Source: Minisyncoccota bacterium (GTDB taxonomy: Bacteria > Patescibacteriota > Minisyncoccia > Phycocordibacterales > Phycocordibacteraceae). Taken from it: a stretch of DNA of 64,000 bases. The DNA lies in assembly GCA_035627595.1 (NCBI GenBank), contig DASPLK010000005.1, forward strand, positions 3,877 through 67,876, in the 5' to 3' direction. The notes beneath the pieces were generated by a model that was given only the letters and a program-made list of their open reading frames with translations, was not told the DNA's origin and did not search any database. Both the position numbers and the translations under genes were made by a program. How positions within the stretch are numbered: the stretch's first letter is position 1; each line of letters starts with the position of its first letter. Shown piece by piece: positions 16,774 to 27,201 of this stretch.

Positions 16774-19242
16774 TTACCGGGTTGCCGGCGTGGTGGTGGA
16801 CTGCGTAGAGGGCTGAGTACGTGCGCCCTGCGGCTGCGTCGTGGTATCCGTCACCGGAACCTGCGGAATACCGAGTGCGCCTAGTCGAGATGCTGGATAC
16901 GGGTTCCTGTTCTGACGGAGCATAGCGAGGTCCTCTGCGACCGCCTGTGCATTCTCTGGCGACAGCGAAGCTACCGTTTCAAGTTGCTCTACGGCTGCAG
17001 GGAACTGTCCCGCAAGCGCGTATGCGACTCCGAGGAAGAAGCGGGCGTTTGCGTACTGTGGGTTGAGCTCGACTGCGCGCGCAAGTGCGGCGATAGCGCC
17101 CTGCGTATCACCGGTACCTGAGCGGAGGATACCGAGCTGGAAGAGCACCACCGGATCGTTCGGTGCGAAGAATGCTGCTGATTCTGCGGCCTGAAGGGCC
17201 TCAGATGCCTTACCCTGCGCAACCTGAAGCTGCGAGAGGAGGAAGATGGCCTGGGTGTAGTCCTGCTTGAGCGCGATCGCCTGCATGAGGTACTCCTCAG
17301 CGGCTGCTGGCTGCTCATTCGCTATCTCAAGCTGCGCGAGAATATACGGTAGGGTCGGATTGGTCGGATTGAGTTCCAATGCACGGAGGTACGCAGTCTT
17401 CGCGTTCTCATATGCCCCATCGATATCAAGCGGCACGACCGCCTGGTACACATTGCCGAGCAGGGTCCAGTTCTGGTAGCTGTCTGCGCGGAGGCGGGTT
17501 GCGGTGATCGCAGCATCGATACTGCTAGAAAGCGCAGTCTGGAAGCGCTGCTGGCGCTCTGCAGCTGGGAGCGACGTATCGTTTGCGACCTGGTTCATAC
17601 GTGCCATCCCAACCGTTGCGAGGAGCTGGTACGCACGATCAGATGGTGCAAATAGGAGCGCGCGTTCAGTTGCCTGCTCAGCTGCCTCAAGGTTGTTTGC
17701 GGACAACGCCTGCGCACCTTCTACGTATGCGATCTCAGCAAGGTAGCGGTTCACGACCGCGTATGCGGCGACCACAGACGCAAGAAGGAGGAGGGTAAGC
17801 GCAAACACCACCACGAACCCGACCCGCGGATTACGCGAGAAGATAATGCCCCATTCGTGCCTTCCCTTCCCATGCCTAAGCGATGAGATGAAAACACCGA
17901 CCATGAGGAACCCAGCGGCAAGGACAGCCGGACCGGGGACCGAGAATGTCATGAGGACGAATACGTACAGCGCGCCGGTAAATGAAGCGATGGATACGAA
18001 GCGCGCAAACGAATCTTCCGGAGCCCTAAAGAGCAACGAGCGGAGGCCGATCCAGAGGAAAAGGCCGATGAAGGAGAGCCATGCGAGCGCGCCCAAGGCT
18101 CCTGTTGTTACGAACGACGTCGGAATAAGACCGATACCAGATACGAAGTCGACATTCCAGAATACGGTCTCATTAAGTGCGCGGTCACGGAACTTGAGCC
18201 ACTGCGTGCTAAAGGTTGCAGGACCTGAACCGAAGATTGGGGACGAAGCATACGTGTGGCTGCCAACATCAAACGTCGACTGCCATGACGGACGTACATC
18301 AAGATAGTTCGCGCCCATCGCGGTAGACAGAGCGCTACCGATCGTTGCACTGCCGATAAGGAAGAAGAGCGCGATAACGAGCGTCACCAAAGGCGCGACC
18401 AGTGACTTGCCGTCCAAGTTGCCAGAGACCGGCTCGAAATCAGCATCAAGCGTTGTGACACCTTCAAGATCGGCCTCATCGGAGACTGGGCCGCGGCGCA
18501 TAATCGCCTCAATGAAAAGTCCAAGCGCCGTGAGGGCGATAAGGGCCCACACGAATACTGCGTTCACGACAGCAACTGCAAAGAGGCCTACGGCGATGAG
18601 AATCCAGAGGAAGATGCGCATGCGCTTCCCAAGGGCAAGGAAGCGGATAGCGAGAAGCGAGGTGATGATACCAAGGCCTGCCATCATGCCGAGATCCGAG
18701 AATGAGCCGACGATATTTGAGGTCGCACTAATTGTGGTCGGTGATACCTTCGCAAGGAAAAGTATGACGACTTCGGATACGAGTACGATCGCGAATGTTA
18801 TGAGCGCGATTTTGAAGAAGGATTGGTACTGGTCCACTCTACGCAGTACGAGCGCTGCAAGAGTTCCAAGCGAGGCAAGGATCAACATGAAGCCGAACGT
18901 ATCCGCTTCAAGCTGACTCCCGAAGAATGAGTGCATGACCCCGGCGCTTGAGAACAGCGTCGAGATAGCGTACGCGAGCGGCACAAGCCACATAGCACCT
19001 ACAAGCGTGATAGGTGGGACGATGACATTACCGCGAGTGAGCCGCGCGAGAATGAAGAGCATGAGAGCGACAAGACCGCCTGCCGCAAGAATGGAAACTT
19101 TCGTATAAAGGAACGGAAATGCGCCGAATGGCATAAACGCCACTGTTGCGAGAAGGCCCGTCACCGCGAGCACCCAGATGGATGCGGTATCGAACGAGAA
19201 GCGCTTTGAAGGCGCACCTGCCGCGTGTGTTTGATCGTACAT
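16774..19242 (-). CDS. O-antigen ligase (Wzy_C)-like polytopic membrane protein fused to C-terminal TPR repeats
   Basis: 822 aa. The first ~500 aa are multi-TM; the final ~320 aa carry TPR-like repeats (AAEQATERALLFAP..., YLRALELNP..., LARAVELNPQYANARFFLGVAY...). Confidence 0.65.
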   Translation of the reverse strand: MYDQTHAAGAPSKRFSFDTASIWVLAVTGLLATVAFMPFGAFPFLYTKVSILAAGGLVALMLFILARLTRGNVIVPPITLVGAMWLVPLAYAISTLFSSAGVMHSFFGSQLEADTFGFMLILASLGTLAALVLRRVDQYQSFFKIALITFAIVLVSEVVILFLAKVSPTTISATSNIVGSFSDLGMMAGLGIITSLLAIRFLALGKRMRIFLWILIAVGLFAVAVVNAVFVWALIALTALGLFIEAIMRRGPVSDEADLEGVTTLDADFEPVSGNLDGKSLVAPLVTLVIALFFLIGSATIGSALSTAMGANYLDVRPSWQSTFDVGSHTYASSPIFGSGPATFSTQWLKFRDRALNETVFWNVDFVSGIGLIPTSFVTTGALGALAWLSFIGLFLWIGLRSLLFRAPEDSFARFVSIASFTGALYVFVLMTFSVPGPAVLAAGFLMVGVFISSLRHGKGRHEWGIIFSRNPRVGFVVVFALTLLLLASVVAAYAVVNRYLAEIAYVEGAQALSANNLEAAEQATERALLFAPSDRAYQLLATVGMARMNQVANDTSLPAAERQQRFQTALSSSIDAAITATRLRADSYQNWTLLGNVYQAVVPLDIDGAYENAKTAYLRALELNPTNPTLPYILAQLEIANEQPAAAEEYLMQAIALKQDYTQAIFLLSQLQVAQGKASEALQAAESAAFFAPNDPVVLFQLGILRSGTGDTQGAIAALARAVELNPQYANARFFLGVAYALAGQFPAAVEQLETVASLSPENAQAVAEDLAMLRQNRNPYPASRLGALGIPQVPVTDTTTQPQGARTQPSTQSTTTPATR

Positions 19243-19320
19243 ACGTATATATGAATGCCCTTGTTAATGTCTATCAGTATAGCGCATGGCAGTTTTATGA
19301 AGTTTTCCCCGGTGGATACG

Positions 19321-19351
19321 AAAACACCCGCCTTAAAAAGGCGGGTGTTTT
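19321..19351 (-). terminator. intrinsic terminator of rnpB
   Basis: AAAACACCCGCC(TTAAAAA)GGCGGGTGTTTT is a perfect 12-bp stem followed by a U-run in the minus-strand RNA. Confidence 0.75.
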
Positions 19352-19359
19352 CATGTTCG

Positions 19360-19681
19360 AGACCGGTCCGATAAGCCGAATTCTGTACTCCTTGCGGAGT
19401 GACGACCATCTATCTGGGACCCCGGTTACCCGAGGCCTCAAGCGGCGCTCCCTCAAAAGAGGGCACGGCCTTGCACAGAGGTAAGGATTTAGCCGTTTCA
19501 TTCCTGCCTTCCAGCAGGCCTCATCCCAAGGGGATGCCTTTGGCTTTCGCCTCCGGCGTTTCTGCTCGCACCTCGCGGATCGCTCCGTGCGGGGGTTACC
19601 CGCTACCCTGCTGCTTGTTTCCAAGCCTGTGTTCGGACTTTCCTCTAGCTAACAAGTAGCCAGCGGTCGTCTGGACCGGTA
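19360..19681 (-). ncRNA. rnpB: RNase P RNA (bacterial type A)
   Basis: The minus-strand RNA starts ACCGGUCCAGACGACCGCUGGCUACUUGUUAGCUAGAGGAAAGUCCGAACAC, which contains the P4 5' strand. It includes AGCAGGGUAGCGGGUAACC, AGCAGAAACGCC and CCAGAUAGAUGG, and ends ACAGAAUUCGGCUUAUCGGACCGGUCUCGAAC (P4 3' strand with P1 pairing). The ends are approximate to within ±3 nt. Confidence 0.8.
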
Positions 19682-19745
19682 TATGCATTATACCATAATG
19701 AGAAAGAGCTGCCAACGCAGCTCTTTCTCTGGCACAGACCTTGAA

Positions 19746-22115
19746 TTAGATCTCGCAGACTCCCGACACACACGCGAGCTCCCTCTTCATCTCAGTCTCG
19801 TCCTGGCGCTCGTATGCGTAGAGCTTTCCGTAGTCGATGTGCTTGTAGCGCTTGACCATATCCTCGTACGTTTCCTTGGAAATCGGCTCGTACGGCGCGA
19901 GGCGGTAGACGTGGTTGCTTCGAGGAAGGAACGAGAGGCCACCGACGATGTCCCAGTTCTCGTATACCCAGTTGGCGACACTGATCCACTCATCATCACC
20001 GACCGAGATCGTAACTGATGGGTTGTGCTCGGTGTAGTTCTCCTTCACGAGCTTCCAGTGCTCAAGCTGATCGAGTGCGGTGATGTCGTCCTTGGAGATA
20101 GCGCCGTCTGGGCTCTTTACCGGGAACTCAAGCACGTACGTGTTCGCGGTCTCTTCCTGCTGGCCGACTTCCGGGTAGTACGGAACGCCCTGGTCCTTGA
20201 GCATCTTGAAGAGTGAGTCGGTAGCGCTGATGCGGATGCGGCGGATGTAGTACGGCGCGTGGCGCGGGTGCATACCGGATGCAACACCCAAGGTCTGAGA
20301 GACGGTGCCAGACGGCTTCACACAAGTGATAGAAGTCGACTGATTAATGCCGAAACGCTCTGCGTACTTCTTGTTGACCTTGATGGTCTCCTTCTTCATT
20401 GCGTCGAGGACCTTCGCGTCACGCACGGTCGCACAATCCCACTGACCGGTGATAGATACACCGAGAAGGCGCTCTGCCTTACAGTTGTCAGTCCACTCCT
20501 TAGAAAGGTACTGGAGGTTCACGAGGGTCGACTGGTAGGTGCCGAGGATAGTTGCAAGACGTGCTTTGCGGATGAGTGTCTCCTGCGTATCGCCTGCGCG
20601 CGCCACGACCTCGGTAAGGTTGCAGAACTGCTTAGACTTGAGGATGATCTCGCCGCACGGGTTGGTACCTGCAGGACCGATGACGCGGTCATTCTTGATG
20701 TACCCGCTCTTGCTCCAGAACTCCTTCCGGCGCTCCGGAAGCTGACCCATAAGGCCGCCACGATTGAAGATGCCGCGCTCGCCGGTCCCGCTCTTCATGA
20801 GCGCAACCCACTCGTCCATGAACTCTGCGTTCGTCGGCTTGTAGTGATAGACCGCAGAATTGTTTGCAATTGCACGATGTGGATCGGTCATGTAGAACTG
20901 GCCCTTCTTCGCGTCACGTACGAGCTCGTCGTCAAGGTCCGACAAGGAGATCATTGCAGAGCGACGGACACCACCGGCAACCACACACTCGCCGATCTTG
21001 CAGATCACGTCATGCGCATCAATGTTGCGGAGACGGCGGCCCTGGCGGGAAAGGATACGCTCGCGGGAGAACGCAAGAAGGTTACGAAGTGGCTCAGGAC
21101 CAGATGCTTTGCCGCCCATCGTGTTGAGACGTGCGCCTGCTGGGCGGACCTGAGAGAAATCAAAGTCGATGTCCTTTCCATCGAACCAGGTCTTGAGGCC
21201 GAGCGTAAGCGCATCACACCAACCTTCCTTGGAGTCAGCGACGACATGGGTCGGGAGCTTCTCGCCAGACTGGTATGCAATCTGCGGTAGTGCCTGGATG
21301 TTCGCGCTCTCAACCGAGTAGCCGACGCCGGTACCGCACATGGAGATGTACATGATCTCAGCAAAGTCTCCGAGCTGAGATGGGGCGATGTAGGAGCAGT
21401 TGTATGCCGCGACGTTGCAGCGGCGTGCTGCGGTGCCTGCGAACTGCATGAGGCGCATCGATGGCATGATCTCCTGGTTCAAAATAGCTTCGCGAAGTTC
21501 GTTGTACTCCTTCGTCGTGAGCTTGTCGCCAATGTTCTCGCGCATGAAGTCGAGATAGCGATCCACGGTTTCTACCCAGGTCTCACGGCGGCCTTCGTCA
21601 TCTTTCCACTTTGCGTATGTACGGAGGTATACGAACTCGCCAAGCGCATTGTTCTTAAAGTACTTCTTGCTCTCCTCAGAGAGTGCACGGACACGCTCGG
21701 GAACCTCGACCTGCTCATCGCGCATCTGCGCGCGCTTATCACGGTACAAAATGTACGCCTTTGCCGTCGCTGTGAAGTCGTTCAACATGAGCTGCTTCTC
21801 AATGGCATCCTGGAGTCCCTCGACGGTCGGAAGGAAGTTCTTGTACTTCTTTCCGAAGCGGGCGATTTCGCCTGCGACTTGATGCGCGACCAAAGTAGCG
21901 TCTTCTGCGCCACCTTCGCCTGCAGCGATCATCGCCTTGTGGATTGCAGCAACAATTTTCTCAAATGAGAATGGTGCGATCCTGCCATCACGCTTCTCAA
22001 CCTGCGGGATGAGGTCGCGATACCGCTTCGTCTCCTTACTTTCAACAACTTCCGCAACTACAGGAGCTGCCTTCTTGGTAACGGTGCGAGCGGATGTCTT
22101 TGCGGATTTTGCCAT
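19746..22115 (-). CDS. nrdJ: adenosylcobalamin-dependent ribonucleoside-triphosphate/diphosphate reductase (class II, NrdJ) with an N-terminal ATP-cone
   Basis: About 790 aa. The ATP-cone is KRDGRIAPFSFEKIVAAIHKA...YILYRD; the class II core includes GTNPCGEI and the SGVCEI C-terminus. Start chosen at MAKSAK (22115); the alternative is 22163. Neither has an SD. Confidence 0.88.
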   Translation of the reverse strand: MAKSAKTSARTVTKKAAPVVAEVVESKETKRYRDLIPQVEKRDGRIAPFSFEKIVAAIHKAMIAAGEGGAEDATLVAHQVAGEIARFGKKYKNFLPTVEGLQDAIEKQLMLNDFTATAKAYILYRDKRAQMRDEQVEVPERVRALSEESKKYFKNNALGEFVYLRTYAKWKDDEGRRETWVETVDRYLDFMRENIGDKLTTKEYNELREAILNQEIMPSMRLMQFAGTAARRCNVAAYNCSYIAPSQLGDFAEIMYISMCGTGVGYSVESANIQALPQIAYQSGEKLPTHVVADSKEGWCDALTLGLKTWFDGKDIDFDFSQVRPAGARLNTMGGKASGPEPLRNLLAFSRERILSRQGRRLRNIDAHDVICKIGECVVAGGVRRSAMISLSDLDDELVRDAKKGQFYMTDPHRAIANNSAVYHYKPTNAEFMDEWVALMKSGTGERGIFNRGGLMGQLPERRKEFWSKSGYIKNDRVIGPAGTNPCGEIILKSKQFCNLTEVVARAGDTQETLIRKARLATILGTYQSTLVNLQYLSKEWTDNCKAERLLGVSITGQWDCATVRDAKVLDAMKKETIKVNKKYAERFGINQSTSITCVKPSGTVSQTLGVASGMHPRHAPYYIRRIRISATDSLFKMLKDQGVPYYPEVGQQEETANTYVLEFPVKSPDGAISKDDITALDQLEHWKLVKENYTEHNPSVTISVGDDEWISVANWVYENWDIVGGLSFLPRSNHVYRLAPYEPISKETYEDMVKRYKHIDYGKLYAYERQDETEMKRELACVSGVCEI

Positions 22116-22236
22116 AGAGAAATGCGTGACGTGATAATAGGCGTCAGGACCTGAAGTGAACATGGAGGAACCGACGTAGGAGAATTGTACCCCTGTTCAT
22201 CTGGGGTGTCGTGGGGACATCGCACTCGAAAACGTA

Positions 22237-22719
22237 TTAGGGATTCGGCAAGTAGATCACGGCGCCCACGTCCCATCCGCGCTCGCGCGCATACCCCGCG
22301 CGCGTTTCAAGGACACGCGATACAGGCTGCGGTGGATAAAAGACATTTGGATACGTATCGGGGGAAACTCCGTGCTCGATACCCAGGATCTCTCCTGTGT
22401 CTGATAGCCAGATAATGTCTATAGAAATATGCATGTCCTTCATCCAGAAGCCATGCATATCAGTTGCTTCAAACACAAAAAGCATACCGTAGTCGTCCGG
22501 AATCTCGGTTCTACCTGAGAGTCCCTGCTGTCGCTTCTCGAACGTATCCGCTATCTCGAATTTAATATCACCCTCATGGGCGTATGTGACATCCATATCG
22601 GACACGACATCTGCTCTATTGGACACACTCAACAGGTGCGCAGCGCTGACTAAAATGCCGCCGAGCACGAGAAATGCGAAACCGAATATAAGGAAGGGAT
22701 TTTTCTTAAAAAAGGTCAT
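22237..22719 (-). CDS. DUF192 domain protein
   Basis: 160 aa with a signal anchor, a DTFEKRQQGLSGR...MHGFWMKDMHISIDIIWL core. Confidence 0.65.
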   Translation of the reverse strand: MTFFKKNPFLIFGFAFLVLGGILVSAAHLLSVSNRADVVSDMDVTYAHEGDIKFEIADTFEKRQQGLSGRTEIPDDYGMLFVFEATDMHGFWMKDMHISIDIIWLSDTGEILGIEHGVSPDTYPNVFYPPQPVSRVLETRAGYARERGWDVGAVIYLPNP

Positions 22720-22746
22720 ACATTTGAGTATACCTTTCGGATCGAG

Positions 22747-22833
22747 CGGAGACGGCGAGATTCGAACTCGCGAGGGGTTTTACCCCCTACCCGCTTTCCA
22801 AGCGGGCGCACTCGACCACTATGCGACGTCTCC
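22747..22833 (-). tRNA. tRNA-Ser (anticodon GGA), long variable arm, no CCA encoded
   Basis: 87 nt: GGAGACGTCGCATAGTGGTCGAGTGCGCCCGCTTGGAAAGCGGGTAGGGGGTAAAACCCCTCGCGAGTTCGAATCTCGCCGTCTCCG. Confidence 0.9.
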
Positions 22834-23130
22834 GTAGGGATTGTTATACCACAACCAAATGGAAAAGAGCGACGCATGAGCGCCGCCCTTCCGTTTCGCC
22901 GAATCTGGTCCTACCAGATTCCCGAGCCTTTATGCTTTCTCTTGCGAGGAAGCGTACTCATCGTTGGCGCGCAGGCCTGCCGCATGGACTGGCCGCACGC
23001 TTTCAGACGATCGAACTGTCGCTCGCGGTCCAGCAGAGTCCAGGCTGCATGCAGCCTTCTGCCGCTCAATCCCTGGAACATGGGAGAGGACGCGGAGTTG
23101 GAACGAAACGTCGTATCAGTCATGTACAAG

Positions 23131-23158
23131 CTCCCCCTGGCGGAAATGCCAGGGGGAG
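23131..23158. terminator. strong hairpin 30 nt downstream of the htpX stop
   Basis: CTCCCCCTGGC(GGAAAT)GCCAGGGGGAG is a perfect 11-bp stem. The flanks are only weakly U-rich. Confidence 0.5.
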
Positions 23159-23187
23159 ATTATAACACGGTAATGAAAGTTTACAAG

Positions 23188-24075
23188 TTAGCGCCCAAGT
23201 AGTGCGGCTACGCGCTCTTCCACCGGAGGATGTGTCGCAAATAGTCTATTCACGAACTTCCCTGCTGTAGCTCCAAACGGATTGGCAATGAAGAGGTGCG
23301 CGGTCGCATGATTCGCGCTTTGCATGGGCCGGTTGTATCCCGCGATCTTTTGAAGTGCAGAAGCAAGGCCTTCTGGGTACCGAGTCAAAAGCGCACCTGA
23401 GGCATCTGCGAGGAATTCGCGGCGCCTGGAAACCGCAAGCTGTATCAACTGGGCTGCAATAGGCGCAAGAATGATGCCGACTACCGCAAGGATAAGGAAG
23501 AGCACGTTGCCTTTTCCGTTGTCACGATTGCCACCCCCAAATAGCGACATGCGCAGGAAGATGTCAGCGACAATTGCGATGAAGCCCGCAAGCACCACGG
23601 CGACCGTCATGACGAGCATGTCGCGATTCTTGATGTGGGAGAGTTCATGTGCAATGACACCCTCCAATTCCTGGCGGTTCATCATGGCAAGAAGGCCTGT
23701 AGTCGCGGCGACAACCGCATGTTTCTCGTTACGGCCGGTCGCAAACGCGTTCGGTGCTGGGTCGTCGATAACGTAGAGCTTGGGCATTGGAAGACCTGAG
23801 GCAATAGAGAGGTTCTCCGTAACCGTGTAGAGATCAAAGTATTCCTCGCGGGTCGCGGGCTTCGCCTTGGTCATCGAAAGCACGACCTTATCGCTGAACC
23901 AGTACGCCCAGAAGTTCATCAGGATGGAGATGCCAACCGCAACATAAAGGATAATGGGACTGTCGTAATACCAGGAGATTCCCCAACCGATCGCGATAAC
24001 CAGGAGGAAGAACCCGAGCATAAGGCCCCAGGTCTTCCACACATTCTCTGAGCGTTCTTGGTAGAGCGTTGCCAT
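23188..24075 (-). CDS. htpX: zinc metalloprotease HtpX (M48 family)
   Basis: HELSHIKNRD zinc-binding motif, four TM helices, 295 aa. Confidence 0.9.
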   Translation of the reverse strand: MATLYQERSENVWKTWGLMLGFFLLVIAIGWGISWYYDSPIILYVAVGISILMNFWAYWFSDKVVLSMTKAKPATREEYFDLYTVTENLSIASGLPMPKLYVIDDPAPNAFATGRNEKHAVVAATTGLLAMMNRQELEGVIAHELSHIKNRDMLVMTVAVVLAGFIAIVADIFLRMSLFGGGNRDNGKGNVLFLILAVVGIILAPIAAQLIQLAVSRRREFLADASGALLTRYPEGLASALQKIAGYNRPMQSANHATAHLFIANPFGATAGKFVNRLFATHPPVEERVAALLGR

Positions 24076-24094
24076 ATCTTATATAGACGAGTTA

Positions 24095-24415
24095 CTACGC
24101 ACTTTCCTTCTTTTCGAACCGATCTTTGTCGCGAGTGCGACATTTCTCCATCACCGTCTTGAATTCTTCATCTAGATCGATGCCTTGTGCATTTGCAAGA
24201 CACATTGCCGTAAAGATGACGTCCATGAGCTCTTTGCCGAGCTCTTGCCGCGCTTCCTCCTCCTTCTTCGGCTTATCGCCGTAAAGATGGTTTAAGAGGC
24301 GACCGAGCTCACCCACCTCTTCCGCGAGCCGCGCAAACTGTGACAGAGGCGACCAATACGGGACCTTGTACTCCTGAACCCAGGAGTCTATCTCTTTCTG
24401 CGCGTCTTTTAGCAT
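24095..24415 (-). CDS. MazG-like nucleotide pyrophosphohydrolase (small all-alpha NTP-PPase)
   Basis: 106 aa with EEVGELGRLLNHLYG and ELMDVIFTAMCLANAQGIDLDEEF motifs. Confidence 0.65.
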   Translation of the reverse strand: MLKDAQKEIDSWVQEYKVPYWSPLSQFARLAEEVGELGRLLNHLYGDKPKKEEEARQELGKELMDVIFTAMCLANAQGIDLDEEFKTVMEKCRTRDKDRFEKKESA

Positions 24416-24419
24416 GGAG

Positions 24420-24980
24420 TTAGAACGCGACCTTCACCGGCTCGCGTGCTGCAGCTTCTGCCTCTGTAAGCTCGAAGAGATCCATCTGCTTGAAGGAGAA
24501 CATACCGCCCACGATGTTGCCTGGGAACTGCTCTAGGCCCGTATTAAGCGCCATGACGTTCTGGTTGTAGAAGCGGCGGGCTGCCTGGATCTTGTCCTCG
24601 GTGTTCGCAAGCTCCTTCTGAAGCTCGAGGAAGTTCGCATTGGCCTTAAGGTCCGGGTACGCCTCGGCGACCGCGAAGATACTCTTCAAGGCGCCCGTGA
24701 GCATGTTCTCGGCTTCCGCATGTTCGTCTACCGACTGCGCGCCCATAGCGGCAGCGCGTGCCTTGGTGACGTTCTCAAATGCCTGGCTCTCATGCGTTGC
24801 GTAGCCCTTCACAGTCTCCACGAGATTCGGGATGAGGTCGTAGCGGCGCTTCATCTGCACCTCGATATCGGACCATGCTTCTTTGGCGCGATTAATGAGC
24901 GCAACAAAGTGATTGTAGCTAAAGATTACCCAGAACACGAGTACGGCGAGGATGCCGAGGACGATGTATAGGATGGTCAT
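24420..24980 (-). CDS. lemA: LemA family protein
   Basis: 186 aa with an N-terminal TM helix. Canonical LemA-HtpX adjacency. Confidence 0.8.
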   Translation of the reverse strand: MTILYIVLGILAVLVFWVIFSYNHFVALINRAKEAWSDIEVQMKRRYDLIPNLVETVKGYATHESQAFENVTKARAAAMGAQSVDEHAEAENMLTGALKSIFAVAEAYPDLKANANFLELQKELANTEDKIQAARRFYNQNVMALNTGLEQFPGNIVGGMFSFKQMDLFELTEAEAAAREPVKVAF

Positions 24981-25000
24981 ATACCTATAGTGTATGAAGT

Positions 25001-25040
25001 CTCAACATAAACACAAGAGCCGCCTATAGGCGGCTCTTGT
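25001..25040 (-). terminator. intrinsic terminator of groEL
   Basis: ACAAGAGCCGCC(TATAG)GCGGCTCTTGT is followed by GUUUAUGUU in the minus-strand RNA. Confidence 0.7.
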
Positions 25041-25059
25041 GTTACCCGATGTTCTTACA

Positions 25060-27020
<1,961 letters not shown>

Positions 27021-27028
27021 AGCAATGA

Positions 27029-27054
27029 AAAAGCTAGCTTTTGATAAAAGCTTT
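27029..27054. promoter_or_regulatory. array of inverted AAAAGCT half-sites in the groES 5' leader (non-CIRCE operator candidate)
   Basis: AAAAGCT|AGCTTTT is a 14-bp perfect palindrome (27029-27042). It is followed by GAT AAAAGCT TT, so AGCTTTTGATAAAAGCT (27036-27052) forms a second 7-3-7 inverted repeat. This lies 9-34 nt upstream of the groES ATG. Confidence 0.45.
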
Positions 27055-27103
27055 GGGTTTGAAGTCACCCATGCCAACGCAGTATGCGCTAGCGGTAGCT
27101 ATA

Positions 27104-27131
27104 AGTATATGAAGAGCGATAGTTGGGTCAA
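27104..27131 (-). promoter_or_regulatory. putative sigma-70-type promoter of groES-groEL
   Basis: The minus strand reads TTGACC-16nt-TATACT about 85 nt upstream of the groES ATG. Confidence 0.45.
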
Positions 27132-27141
27132 GATGCGATAC

Positions 27142-27170
27142 TTGACATTTGTCCATTTATTATGCAATAT
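27142..27170 (+). promoter_or_regulatory. putative promoter of the divergent small ORF (TTGACA-17-CAATAT)
   Basis: TTGACA lies at 27142-27147 with CAATAT at 27165-27170. The implied leader (~125 nt) is long, so this is uncertain. Confidence 0.3.
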
Positions 27171-27201
27171 AAATTCAACGCGACTCAATTGGAGATTAGG
27201 A

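Noticed and set aside
19243-19320. Leaderless-type promoter for the O-antigen-ligase gene (TATATA adjacent to the ATG)
   Set aside because: The only -10-like hexamer ends 3-4 nt before the ATG, and the implied -35 spacing does not fit, so it is too uncertain to call.
22116-22236. Cobalamin riboswitch or NrdR box upstream of nrdJ
   Set aside because: No B12-box (rAGYCMGgAgaCCkGCc-like) and no 16-bp NrdR palindrome are visible in the 120-nt upstream region. B12 riboswitches normally control B12-independent isozymes rather than nrdJ.
22876-23202. 108-aa + strand ORF in the tRNA-Ser/htpX gap
   Set aside because: The product is R/S/C-rich and low-complexity. The ORF reads through two strong hairpins and into the htpX 3' end. 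The region is more likely noncoding and structured (see findings).
27021-27140. CIRCE (HrcA) or HAIR (HspR) operator upstream of groES
   Set aside because: TTAGCACTC-N9-GAGTGCTAA and CTTGAGT-N7-ACTCAAG are both absent. The AAAAGCT inverted-repeat array is reported instead as a candidate operator.
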